Notes under the pieces: model-generated
Seen by the model: only the letters and a program-made list of their open reading frames with translations
The model's database searches: none
What the model was told of the DNA's origin: nothing
From: a virus
Taxonomy: Duplodnaviria; Caudoviricetes
IMG/VR virus record: IMGVR_UViG_2690315653_000003
Location: 12,181 to 76,180 of that record
Strand: one strand, 5' to 3'
Length of the DNA: 64,000 bases
Position numbers and translations under genes: made by a program
Part shown: one piece after another, positions 34,701 to 41,161 of the stretch
Layout: every line of letters starts with the position of its first letter
How positions within the stretch are numbered: the stretch's first letter is position 1

Positions 34701-37700
34701 ACCATTCAGGTTGTAAACGGTAAACATGATACAGCCCTCCCGGAGGAGGCTATGCACTTTGCCGTAGAGCTAGTTCAGCAGTCTAATCCGCAGTTTTTTA
34801 AAGGGCTGCTCAGAGATATAGGAAAGTTCAGGCTGTATAACGATATATTATCTCTCTATGGAAATGAGCCGTTATATCAAAAGGATGGAAAGCCAGATAT
34901 CTTAAAACTCAAAAAAGAAGCAATCGCCAGAGTCCTGGTAGAGGTAATCATTAATAAGTCAGAAGGCATCAATGAAAAACCTGAATTACTGGCCCAGGTG
35001 GGATCATGGTGGGAAAGGATAATTAGTTTCCTAAAGAATCTTTTCTCCAAAGGCCCCTTAAATTTATTTGAAACTGCTGCAGGCAATATTTTAAATGGAC
35101 AATTTAGTGATGAACCAATAACAGGTCAGAATGAAGTCTTTTTTCAATTGAATAAAGACACTCATCAGAGCCAGCTTTCTGACAAGCTTTTAAATCTTCA
35201 TTCCCAACTTTCTAAAGAAGTTTCAGCTACCAATGGTCAGGATAGTTACTATGTTATTGGGGGGAAAAGGGTAAGTGAGCGTGTAACCAATCTATCAAAA
35301 CTTTATTACGAACGTAAGTTTCGCAATAAACAAATCTCTGAAACAGAGCTTCAGAAGGCAATCAATGATCAGAAGAAGGAAAAGGGAACAGATGGACACG
35401 CTGATCTGGAGGATATTTTTCACCGCATGATTGGTGATGACGGGTTTTTAAGAAATGAGGAGCTTTTACAAACCATTCCTTCCCGTTTGTCTCCTACAGA
35501 CAACTCTTTTTATAGGACATTGGAAAACAACATGCGGGAGCGTCTTCGCAGCTTTAAGGCCGGTACCAGATTCTTTAGTGAGCTAATGATTTATGACGAG
35601 GAGAAAGATATGGCCGGTACCATCGACTTTCTTGCCATTGAGCCAGATAACGCTGACGGAACACCTGGAAAGATCCATATTCTCGACTGGAAGTTTGTAA
35701 ATTTAAAAGAGCAGGCCACAGATATTCCTTTCTACAAGAAAGAAGCCTGGAATATCCAGATATCTGAATATTTAAAAATGCTTTCCCGCCCTGTATATGG
35801 CGCAGTAAAGGATAATTTTGGTATGACCAGAGCTATACCCATAAAGGCTCTATATTCCTTTGAGGATAATGAACGCACCAAATTAAAGTTATTTGGTGTA
35901 GAAATCGGAAATGTTAATGTCAAAGCTATTACTGATGATACTTTACTTCCTGTTCCAACAAAGTACGAAAGTACTGGTAACAAGGATTTGGATAAGTTGA
36001 TATTTGCCCTCAATAGCCTTCATGAAAAGATTTTTGATACCAGGTCTGATCCCGGAGCAGAGTATCTGAAAAACCAGCGGCTTAATGACATCACAACTGC
36101 TATCCGCAGACTACAAATGAAGAAGGAGACGGAGACGCTTTTCAAATTTGCCAAAAATGATATTTACAACTTCAATGCTTTCTTCCGTAAATATTTTGAA
36201 TTGCTGGACTCCGGCAAACAGGAGCTGAATGCAACTGATGTTAATGAACTTTCCGGAAAGATCCTGGATGCTGAGGATGTACTCACCCTTTATAAAGACT
36301 TCAATGTTACATTCCGGAAGATATTCTCATACAAGGACGCTGAAAGCAAGCCAATTCTTCAGGAGTCTGAAATGATAAGTGATGACGCAGAGCTGGTATT
36401 AAGCAGGATTATAACTCTTGCCAATAACCTGCGTGTCAATAGCATCGCTCGTGGTCTTGAAGTGGAAGATGTCCTGGAGCCAGAAAAAGTGGTTACCTGG
36501 TATCAGAAATGGGTCAGGTCACTTTCTCAAGGTGCCACAAAAGCCACGGAGATCCTTTGGGAGATCGTGAAAAATATCAATACCCGTATTCAGATTGAGT
36601 TTTCAGAGGAAATTGAGAAGCTTATCTCGTTAGAAAAGAAAGTGAGCGAATGGCTTCGTACAAGCGGGCTTTCTTTTAAGGAATTACAGGATATGATTTT
36701 TCAGAAAGATGCAAAAGGCAGATGGAACGGAAAAGTAATATCTACAACAAGTCCAGAGTTTTATGCTGAAATGACCGATGCGCTTACTAAGAAGAATGCC
36801 TCATGGGTAATGGGCAATATTGATCTGGAAGCCTATAACAAATGGTATAAAGAGGAGATGGATCTTCGTAAGAAGAATTTTGAGACATCCAGGTTGCATG
36901 AGGACGAAAAAGAAGATGCTGCCCTTAAAATAGCCAGGCTACAGGACTTTAAAAAGCATTTTGATATCATGGATAATCCAGATACGGCTATAAGTCTTGC
37001 TAATTATAAGCTAAAAGCCTATCCTGACTTAAATATCTGGAAATCCAAAGAATTCGCTCGTTTACATGAACCCCACAATGAACCTGTTTTAGCGTTATAT
37101 AATTTCTGGATAGCTAAGCTGGAAGAGTCCTATAAATTAGGAATGTTAAAATCCTGGGAGAGAAAAACATTTTTTCCTAATGTAAGAAAGGATTTTTTGG
37201 ATAAGATTGTTTTTGGAGCCGAGTCCGGCGTGGTCAAAAGTGCAAATCTGAACTTTTTGAATTCAGTCCGAATCGATAATAACGATGAAGTTTTCGGTTA
37301 TACTGATATCAACGGAAATCCTCAAGACAAGCTCTCATCACTTTATCATTATGACCTGGGCGAAAAAATCCTTGATAAGGACGGGGAGTTATTCAGTGAT
37401 TATGCAAATAAAAGCACGGATATATTTAAGGTGATGGCCCTTTGGGAAAAGGAAATTATCAAGTATCGCCACAAATCTGAAGTAGTAGATACTGTTAGAT
37501 TGCTTCATTTTACGGAAAAAAACAGGCAGGCTATATCCAGGTCAAAGAGGACAGGAGGTATTGCTATCAAAGAGGACGGAGAGCCTGTTTTAATAGATAA
37601 CGTAGAAAATACTGAATACTTCAAAAACTACATGGATTATTACTTCTATGGTAAGCGTCTTTCCGAAGGGCAGGATGTAACTTTTCAGTTTAAATATAAC

Positions 37701-39215
37701 CGGCTGGCAAAAAAAGTAAATGAATTTTTTAAGTCGGACCTGATGCCTGTCTCCAGTGAAGAGGAAATTACCATTTCCGGGAAGAAAATGATCCGAGCAA
37801 CAAATCGTTTCTTTCAGATGAAAGTGCTGGGTCTCAACCTGGCTACTGCTTTAACTAACTATCTGGGAGGTAAAGCCAATGCCTATATGCTCGCTGGAAA
37901 GTATTTCACAAAATCCGATTATACAAAAGGAGCGTTACAGCTGGCCAGTGCGAAATTTCATACTGAAGAAGGGAAAATACATGCCGGCCTGCTGAACTAT
38001 TTTCTTCCCCTGACAGAAGATCGTACTGGTGAGCAGATTAAACAGCTTTCTGTTTCCAAAGCCGTCAAACTGCTCTCCAGTGATCATTTGTTTTATCTGA
38101 TGCGAACATCTGATAAAGGAGTCCAATATCCAGCAGCCCTGGCCATGTTTAGTAATACGATGGTTAACGATGGTAAGCTGGTAAATATTCGTCAGCACGT
38201 AAAAGACCTCAATAATTACGGGAGTATTTATAGCTTAAGTGGCCCTGATCAGCAGGCGCTCCGTGCAAAAATTGAAACAGAGATTGAGCAGTTAAAAAAT
38301 ACAAAATCTTTGCCTGTAGTTGCAAAAATCGAGAATGATAAAATTGTACTGGATGGCATTACCCGAAACTCCAAAACAGTAGCGGATCTACGCAATAATA
38401 TTCAGCAGTTTAGCAAGGATGCTTTGGGCAACATGAGCGAGGACGATATTTCCCAATACCGTATGACGCTTTTAGGGCAGTCATTTATGATGTTTAAAAA
38501 CTGGATACCCAGGATGGCCGATGTCAGATTCGGTGAATTCCGCTACCAGATTGGTACTGATAGCTATGAATGGGGTAGGGTAGCTATGCTTTTTAATGCA
38601 CTAAGGCATGGAATACTTACAGGTGCCAAAGCTTCTATAGCATCACTTGCTGGTAAAAACGAAGGTCTTATTGATATTGCCAGAAAAGTTTACCTGGAGA
38701 AAAAGCGTCAGGCGGAAGCTACCGGCAGACCATTCAAAATGACGGAGGCTGATTTTGTTGATATGTATGTTAAGGGTATCCGTACCCAGCTCAAAGAAGT
38801 AGGACTAATGATGTCTATGCTGGGAATGCTAATGTTTGCCAAATCAGAAGTTCCAGATGACGATGATGACAGGACGACAGGCGTTTATAAATGGCTTACC
38901 AGAACACTTGATAAAATGACAGATGAATTGGGATTTTTCTTAAATCCGCTTTCTTTTACGGCCATTGCCAATGGTAGTGTTTTCCCATCAGTGCAGCTTA
39001 TTAATGATATTGTCAGGTTTACCAGCGGAATGACAATGGAATCCTATTTCCTACTCATTGGAGATGAAAAGGGCGCTGAAAAGAACAAGGTTATGAAATA
39101 CCTGTTTAAAACATTTCCGGTATCAAAAGAGCTGATGACCTATGTTGCTATGTTTAATGAAGATCTGGCCAGGGAGTATGGTATTACTATAACTTCCCGT
39201 GCAAGAATAAGATAA
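22758..39215 (+). CDS. giant virion-packaged DNA-dependent RNA polymerase polyprotein
   Basis: 5485 aa; 'GFRIPTQ' followed by catalytic 'GSDFDIDK' (DFDIDK at 31914-31931); 'YVDVAKDP'; zincin-like and PD-(D/E)xK domains. Confidence 0.92.
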   Translation: MIDKNVLQGSSDLSLLQSNYVNGDPTTDYANSVLNKYKPSTKASTGLTPFSGGTTPATQVPTGSDGARYPYYSPFVPSNEDLYASYQSWYSKAGNGIMKGAGLAGTTFLNGTAGLIVGIGSAVSDGKMSSFYDNEFTRSLDDINKYMEDRLPNYYTTKEQNADWYSPSNLFTANFLFDKVIKNLGFSVGAIGAGLTYGAALRSLGLFSKVASAGGLARAAELSEQMASAVPQMQQGAAATNSIRVAAGEFLSGFNTLNTAQRAVVSGLSTIGEANFEALLQLNDYRRELISNYVTENGVRPTGKDLDQINQYAEKAGNTIFALNVPLLTATNYIQLPKILGSSYQAEKSIFSSGVRNASAVAFDKEAGKFTSTIAQKGFGKMLNRAKNVAGLFFAPSEAFEELSQTSFNFGVENYYNKARQGKDTDFFSDLLGEGYRQGITTKEGLESALIGGLSGGIFELRHQIKERGFTGYGGSQAATNKAAINLFNNKLFSGFLSDTRDAVDRGGIIQMQRMEAIRRGDFLEAKELQTDFTLNYLAPRIKYGRFDLVKDDISTYRQLASTPEGLRQLKDQGIIADDTTSEQLLSRISNMETHADNVNHLYQSLNIRYSGQKDKDGKRIYPDEVIDKMVYAAAKVSDYDMRVPALSSSLIDASINVQPILDEMAQSDHPSEATIRPAIEQIKNLNILADKKDDIRADLRDLVELTMRRKQFLKEYDSLKNKPEEYITKKYGPVVTQNGDTEIIIPQVDQDGKSYDYKVKTGSKYGTSTTYQRNGNAFVVNPELNIVETNPLGEIRTTLPDGQTKFLFPAEMSGYKLSDPLTEIEAQVLESKMNDAIDQTVKLPAFDHLEQEMKNKTLAEKLDIINFLDDKQLADELEKAFGIINSDFENTRKSIQKLTEDPVVSTQVDKGFAEADGLAGTTQTTDPAEDKEIIDQVNEDQGAKKHITTLFRSSTSENSAISGVGENDDFHRRANKLLNNIDDITDKENIRVAVVTFANQKQLGLEGLIPDKVPGSTTSSADINEGIIRLVFIRSTSAGDYFVDQGGNNMEKVGTKPDFNKLVYTTMPSTSLTWKNYELRYISTGKRASTPAQAGTYQDAYRIKRTSLLSRATGYEVFPFSVSKGFASYDKTGNSYAVTESLVPTRELSNKLLIIPTQQTEEVNGKKAGSIIHNDQTIYLPLGRPILQRGATLVPLNNRKLTGKEKQVIKKLIVKLADGASKGTVDKAILNYFQGLLYWKKPSDTKAATKGQIWYSKGYLYLGSSTNKTPFLPQLLSSSPQLEKFLDDVYVSANNFLLTQRFSQPFNEIVDIDSQDNPVQVQWKSYQHFLLSGSYITTVDDTSGLAGTARATDQIPFTTDIAPVAATSDKYAATFQGRYVTLQNFDIFPHTATQQAGTTTSATVTPLAQQSPPPGESITPVAETADFEPIIKAGDFVLDGVTLNLISFEGKKLASVAATFSAEGVQFTDYKHLRKKALTEDFKASVLQIATVQINQAVLAEIEKRTSAAEQLTVSPESNAPSPAVAPIAQTADLNATEATNTGPQAESNVSGKTAEEIFKNLRPNRSGNDIAGGQYRIISHLPSSRENIPAFKDYLSKVLPAVPLRVVDNLISTTDGGYAWGVFRDNAIYLYEGAEIGTGYHEAFEAVYGMFLSSRQQQEIIKEFKKRSGSFIDRVSSNQVSYNKATDHQAKEQIAEEFREFNLSGTLPERPAADGFFKRLLNFIKSVLLGKAASMREIFSRINEGYYSRMTPPYANRVSAEQYSRFIPGLNTRFIQQVMEGMTSMVFEELFSENRSLVEFDEYHLSVSDLYKKVYDRMQVYFDTSLPEGLLADIEDAKLDQKEAEKTIALYTDFYNKTWLPISNNWQKLLQINESFLKPFNLIFETDLNQEELEAAINNPGKNQRDYERDILKISARKNAASSIKLLFATLTQVEDDGYNSAKQDVLIAPAKKLSSIKLPQLVNYARTFNRMLYEVVGSISPSDMISKIKGLARKDKTYIRLYNRLKTGTGYDNLSLYDWKLLIKLYSVSAKQRPDFFIQIQDEGGRTYLAGANENRQTSQVISSWLNNLKANAGNDKLIYVDTNRYRVNPKKLAPFTEAVKQPSGKISFLNSLGIDFTSQAYDLLSDKDKRKFNDATQRLFNQLLKTADIATLSGRSLGITGALTKLAEVYVKANGESAESQHFNIDGEPVQNLLLHNYVSTILNDLNYYPTKSDLVNALPHLSDSFSTGSLLLENGGVLFDDDGNRRPDPINISIIEGMKPVGPRAGTSTEKLSLSGRRLQEFNQNLNGIYYVLLPADSRTEWSLNLDKFHYIPYSDLSNPGVLSNKVFRIFGGYLQAEMELVSKFKDRSHIKNIRKQGTDLRFFKGILGQDLHAKAIAAINTGYDHKTWISDNRTAIGQQIKEWFDKREDELFNYFRDYEVIKPENENLYTFSGLDSDFKDDNKIPEKLTEAEIRSIIRFRTLNYSIQNTEFHKIFFGDPALYSDPTKRIKSFLSGRETTYHSDPYFNTFANNRLNATSLSDDRIMLKLSDPGYWEFKDYMVTATVADIEIVGSLALDHSIPENLRAAYENANEADAQSWITLPAYRELLLKSGGRWTDAMERQYQYEMAYERLGRSKTNGFSYENRGDLRKHDEDLVKKGNPQSGIFHVIKPIGTGVKAGAAFADIFLDKTSAMPIYYRMSEGRGLGKLYGKMSAAGISYAIMESGRKVGAEFLNPVYQTNGDFNPEPFSGNVNVPFKYFGIQLETAGTKHKQTRGTQLTKLAIINLLASGIPQDISMDAAAWNKLSETEKIQLSPSYKLISANIAILKAMADKGYQQVLDQLGISETENGFHIADKKLVAAFISREAEARDLPDNFKSAIGIDAETGDFKISLEAISNYRAVKSIIYSIVDKKLLSPKMPGGPKVQVSSALFERNNRQAVYKPAGAKTANWERVTDFDKLTDQEKSSVRLTSSDLKFYTRDAPYIEVYMPHWFREKLLERGSGKTDQELIDYLNSKGSDLLTGIGFRIPTQELNSVEHIKIKGFLPQEMGDTIIVPSEIVLKAGSDFDIDKLNTYLKNFYIGKNGFPEPISFVHADTQTDEGLKVLYNHIFGTTENILRIAHRQLAEQAERGQLKAQNKIGFSEEHSRLIESVFSSLAEQLKEAGINEKSYQRAIEKYIPFDKFSSMVSGKNIYQIYSMFDSAALENEYIRTLQQLLSLPENFERLIQPNSADELVALRGELNQALGIGAEETKGNFSLLLDPFYMSQTRHNFLSGKDGVGIAALQQTNTALSQLAGIVLDHRNFNNKLSNAEKSVVKNITVQLPHNTVSVDGEEFISISAIKDTIGKYISDKISSYINGYVDVAKDPFIIELGASLNVASTYMFLEKIGVPTRDVIFFMNQPIIKDYLRLLSIKGFNTVFSEKTIRYINQAKGLYPTGKVAVGAIDTSNLKTFIEKKSRGKKFSDIENGIQQQILDEFLKYSVFSGHLFKLTQGSNYDTDYFSDASLVFRKQTFTRQAREGNLFNSIDKLLDKSFIGTIAQYLGKVKSALGEIFLFDRPSTMQGFEQILSYYLPKDGAVSEDDFLTIASKLQSSFLDFITQLASENSLNTKIQDLLLGQDAVAAELVAFKKAIPAGSDLSENTILKLLEPVYDDASTIEPQNVKLTEKAYDSYTSNLYTEAMRELRDNVHSAGLYKRLILLSLVQSGSRRSPISFTDIIPVEDYAPIVTRALENLSKGNFIRDFVSSFAFQRVHYWDERVVPTVEPKEISTYYGSFTPLYEVPTRLYKNLSIVDGSYQFIQLSTHFQSRESNYPVVKIRQIAINPVTKAPYTPVEQAQMRKNGDYSFFSIKLFQKVMMEDTNGNDVALSYDDDQVKRPGAKFYIYKQINAWGKPGLVLEYYDHPRVSVLPSNQKIDEFSDAQVIGAFQNRDEKMLQLNDSNVDTTIPSKAGKQTLDKVYNFLEKIGVQIKDVNQIVVNGKRIDASAVADILNKTIQVVNGKHDTALPEEAMHFAVELVQQSNPQFFKGLLRDIGKFRLYNDILSLYGNEPLYQKDGKPDILKLKKEAIARVLVEVIINKSEGINEKPELLAQVGSWWERIISFLKNLFSKGPLNLFETAAGNILNGQFSDEPITGQNEVFFQLNKDTHQSQLSDKLLNLHSQLSKEVSATNGQDSYYVIGGKRVSERVTNLSKLYYERKFRNKQISETELQKAINDQKKEKGTDGHADLEDIFHRMIGDDGFLRNEELLQTIPSRLSPTDNSFYRTLENNMRERLRSFKAGTRFFSELMIYDEEKDMAGTIDFLAIEPDNADGTPGKIHILDWKFVNLKEQATDIPFYKKEAWNIQISEYLKMLSRPVYGAVKDNFGMTRAIPIKALYSFEDNERTKLKLFGVEIGNVNVKAITDDTLLPVPTKYESTGNKDLDKLIFALNSLHEKIFDTRSDPGAEYLKNQRLNDITTAIRRLQMKKETETLFKFAKNDIYNFNAFFRKYFELLDSGKQELNATDVNELSGKILDAEDVLTLYKDFNVTFRKIFSYKDAESKPILQESEMISDDAELVLSRIITLANNLRVNSIARGLEVEDVLEPEKVVTWYQKWVRSLSQGATKATEILWEIVKNINTRIQIEFSEEIEKLISLEKKVSEWLRTSGLSFKELQDMIFQKDAKGRWNGKVISTTSPEFYAEMTDALTKKNASWVMGNIDLEAYNKWYKEEMDLRKKNFETSRLHEDEKEDAALKIARLQDFKKHFDIMDNPDTAISLANYKLKAYPDLNIWKSKEFARLHEPHNEPVLALYNFWIAKLEESYKLGMLKSWERKTFFPNVRKDFLDKIVFGAESGVVKSANLNFLNSVRIDNNDEVFGYTDINGNPQDKLSSLYHYDLGEKILDKDGELFSDYANKSTDIFKVMALWEKEIIKYRHKSEVVDTVRLLHFTEKNRQAISRSKRTGGIAIKEDGEPVLIDNVENTEYFKNYMDYYFYGKRLSEGQDVTFQFKYNRLAKKVNEFFKSDLMPVSSEEEITISGKKMIRATNRFFQMKVLGLNLATALTNYLGGKANAYMLAGKYFTKSDYTKGALQLASAKFHTEEGKIHAGLLNYFLPLTEDRTGEQIKQLSVSKAVKLLSSDHLFYLMRTSDKGVQYPAALAMFSNTMVNDGKLVNIRQHVKDLNNYGSIYSLSGPDQQALRAKIETEIEQLKNTKSLPVVAKIENDKIVLDGITRNSKTVADLRNNIQQFSKDALGNMSEDDISQYRMTLLGQSFMMFKNWIPRMADVRFGEFRYQIGTDSYEWGRVAMLFNALRHGILTGAKASIASLAGKNEGLIDIARKVYLEKKRQAEATGRPFKMTEADFVDMYVKGIRTQLKEVGLMMSMLGMLMFAKSEVPDDDDDRTTGVYKWLTRTLDKMTDELGFFLNPLSFTAIANGSVFPSVQLINDIVRFTSGMTMESYFLLIGDEKGAEKNKVMKYLFKTFPVSKELMTYVAMFNEDLAREYGITITSRARIR

Positions 39216-39226
39216 AAACTGTTACT

Positions 39227-40210
39227 ATGCCTACTATGAGGAATTGTCAGCCCTGCAATTATATTTCCGGTAATGAATGTACCCAGTATACCGGACCCAC
39301 TTCCCAGGATTGCGGACTGGTAAACGGAAACTGGTATATTATCGACGACCTTATAAGCGCATTAACCTGCGCCGGCTTCAGCACAACTACTACGTCGTCC
39401 ACTACCATAAGTGACCAGGAGGGAGGATGTATAACCTTGCTGGTGGAAGGTTTTAATCAGATCTATAGCTTTGGGGGTAACGGTTTTGCTACCTTAGTTT
39501 ATAAGTTATATGGTGACATGGACAAGACGCAGTTAATCTATGAGAAAAGTATAGAACATGGGAATGCAGATGCTTATACTCTTTTTAATGCTCAAAATAT
39601 TCCAGGCCCTATTTATCCAGTTATTTCAGCGTTCATGACTTCTCCTGATGGCAATCCATATTACAGCTATGGTAGTGGTCTTGACCTGATTATTGTTACC
39701 AATGATATGATAAGATATGCCAGAACAATACCAATGCCTGTTGAGGGTAATAATATTTTTCCGGCGCTACCGGCCCTTCCCAGGGGTAGAACTAAAATCT
39801 ACCTGAACCTAAATGCTTTTGATTCTAACAGCAATCCTGGACAAGGTATTATTGCTTTAGGTGGCAGTAAACTTATAAGTTCCTATTTTGAAGTAAACAC
39901 GATATTAAATAATGGCGGGGATGTTGGGACACCCAAAATGATTTGGCCGGATACTGTGTACAATTTAACAGATTACATGTATTGCGACTTTGATACTGTT
40001 AGATTTGGCTCTGCTGCCACATCGATGACTCTTAGCATAACGGGATCAAATAACGAGAGTGTGCCCGTCAAAGTTGAATTTACTGCCTCTGACGACCCTT
40101 CTTTGTCATTTACCGATACTGTCGCTGTCGGCCAGTCTTATGAGAAAGTATTAGACCTTACTATCCCGCAAGTTACCATAAATGATTTCCTGATAAGAAT
40201 ATTGAAATAA
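39227..40210 (+). CDS. putative virion surface/fibre protein with Thr/Ser tract
   Basis: 327 aa; Cys-rich N-module resembling those of 6663 and 7790, then STTTTSSTT, then a beta-rich domain. Confidence 0.5.
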   Translation: MPTMRNCQPCNYISGNECTQYTGPTSQDCGLVNGNWYIIDDLISALTCAGFSTTTTSSTTISDQEGGCITLLVEGFNQIYSFGGNGFATLVYKLYGDMDKTQLIYEKSIEHGNADAYTLFNAQNIPGPIYPVISAFMTSPDGNPYYSYGSGLDLIIVTNDMIRYARTIPMPVEGNNIFPALPALPRGRTKIYLNLNAFDSNSNPGQGIIALGGSKLISSYFEVNTILNNGGDVGTPKMIWPDTVYNLTDYMYCDFDTVRFGSAATSMTLSITGSNNESVPVKVEFTASDDPSLSFTDTVAVGQSYEKVLDLTIPQVTINDFLIRILK

Positions 40211-40217
40211 ACTGGAA

Positions 40218-41036
40218 ATGAAGTTCATATGTGCCCAACCTGATAAACCTTTATTTATCTGGCAATTGAAAACGCTGTTGGTTTCCCTTATCAAGCTAGG
40301 AGTGAATAAGGAAGATATTTATTTCCTCACTCTCCTGGAGGAGGGAGTACCTGCCAGCCTGGAGATAAAATCGTTAGAGAAATACGCCAGCATATTTTAT
40401 TACCCGGAGCGATCAGAAGGGCGGATATATCCAGCTAGTTCAAAACCGTATTTATTTGCCAGGTTCTGGGAGCAATTCCCGGAAAATAAGGAGCGCCACT
40501 TTCTATTCATTGAATCTGATATGCTGGTATATCAGATACCAAACCTTCCTGAAGATGAAAACTGGTATTGGAGTGAGGCCGGCAAGTATTTGGATACCGG
40601 CAAATTTGAGTATTTGCTCGGATGTCCTGATAGCATTTCAAAAGCATTTGGATTTCATTGTTTCGGGAAAGGAGCTGATGCGGACTTTTGGTACCAGGTA
40701 GAAAAAGAATCCATAGATCTTTATATTAAGATGATAGCCCTAAACCTGCCGGGGAATAAATGGATTTGTGAGATGCGAACCTGGATGTGGAATGCGGGAA
40801 GGAAGTTTAACAATGTCATTTCCCCGGAACTACTTTTTAATGACGGTACAGGACCCAGAAAGCATGGAGCAACACTTTACCATCAGCTATCAAGTAAAGT
40901 ATTCCGTAAAAGAGATTACACGTATACTGAGCCCTTTGATATTGAAATTAGAGTTGACCCTAAGTTTTGCGTTTACGATTACCTGCAGGCAATAAGAACT
41001 GCTGGTTCTATATTTAAAATTAATTCTGAAAGTTAA
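40218..41036 (+). CDS. glycosyltransferase-like protein (GT-A fold, GT95/GT96-like), paralogue 1
   Basis: 'AQPD...WQ', 'YPASSKP', 'FIESDM' (DxD-like), 'WICEM'. Confidence 0.6.
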   Translation: MKFICAQPDKPLFIWQLKTLLVSLIKLGVNKEDIYFLTLLEEGVPASLEIKSLEKYASIFYYPERSEGRIYPASSKPYLFARFWEQFPENKERHFLFIESDMLVYQIPNLPEDENWYWSEAGKYLDTGKFEYLLGCPDSISKAFGFHCFGKGADADFWYQVEKESIDLYIKMIALNLPGNKWICEMRTWMWNAGRKFNNVISPELLFNDGTGPRKHGATLYHQLSSKVFRKRDYTYTEPFDIEIRVDPKFCVYDYLQAIRTAGSIFKINSES

Positions 41037-41076
41037 TAATAAGCTCTTAGGCCGTCCTTTTAACGGTAGTAATTGA

Positions 41077-41084
41077 TAATTTTG
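41077..41084 (+). promoter_or_regulatory. candidate -7 element TAATTTTG
   Basis: TAnnTTTG match in the gap between the two glycosyltransferase-like genes. Confidence 0.35.
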
Positions 41085-41161
41085 ATTGACCCTATCCGCG
41101 CCCAACATCTTGTTTAAGAAAGCTCCTAAAGGAAGGTTTGCTCTATTTGTTCCCTTTACCT

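Noticed and set aside
35380-35800. Cas4 or CRISPR adaptation function for the nuclease domain
   Set aside because: No Fe-S cysteine cluster and no cas genes or array; treated as a generic PD-(D/E)xK domain
825-39215. Introns or inteins in MCP or RNAP
   Set aside because: Frames are continuous; no embedded homing-endonuclease ORFs or intein C...HN boundary motifs were noticed
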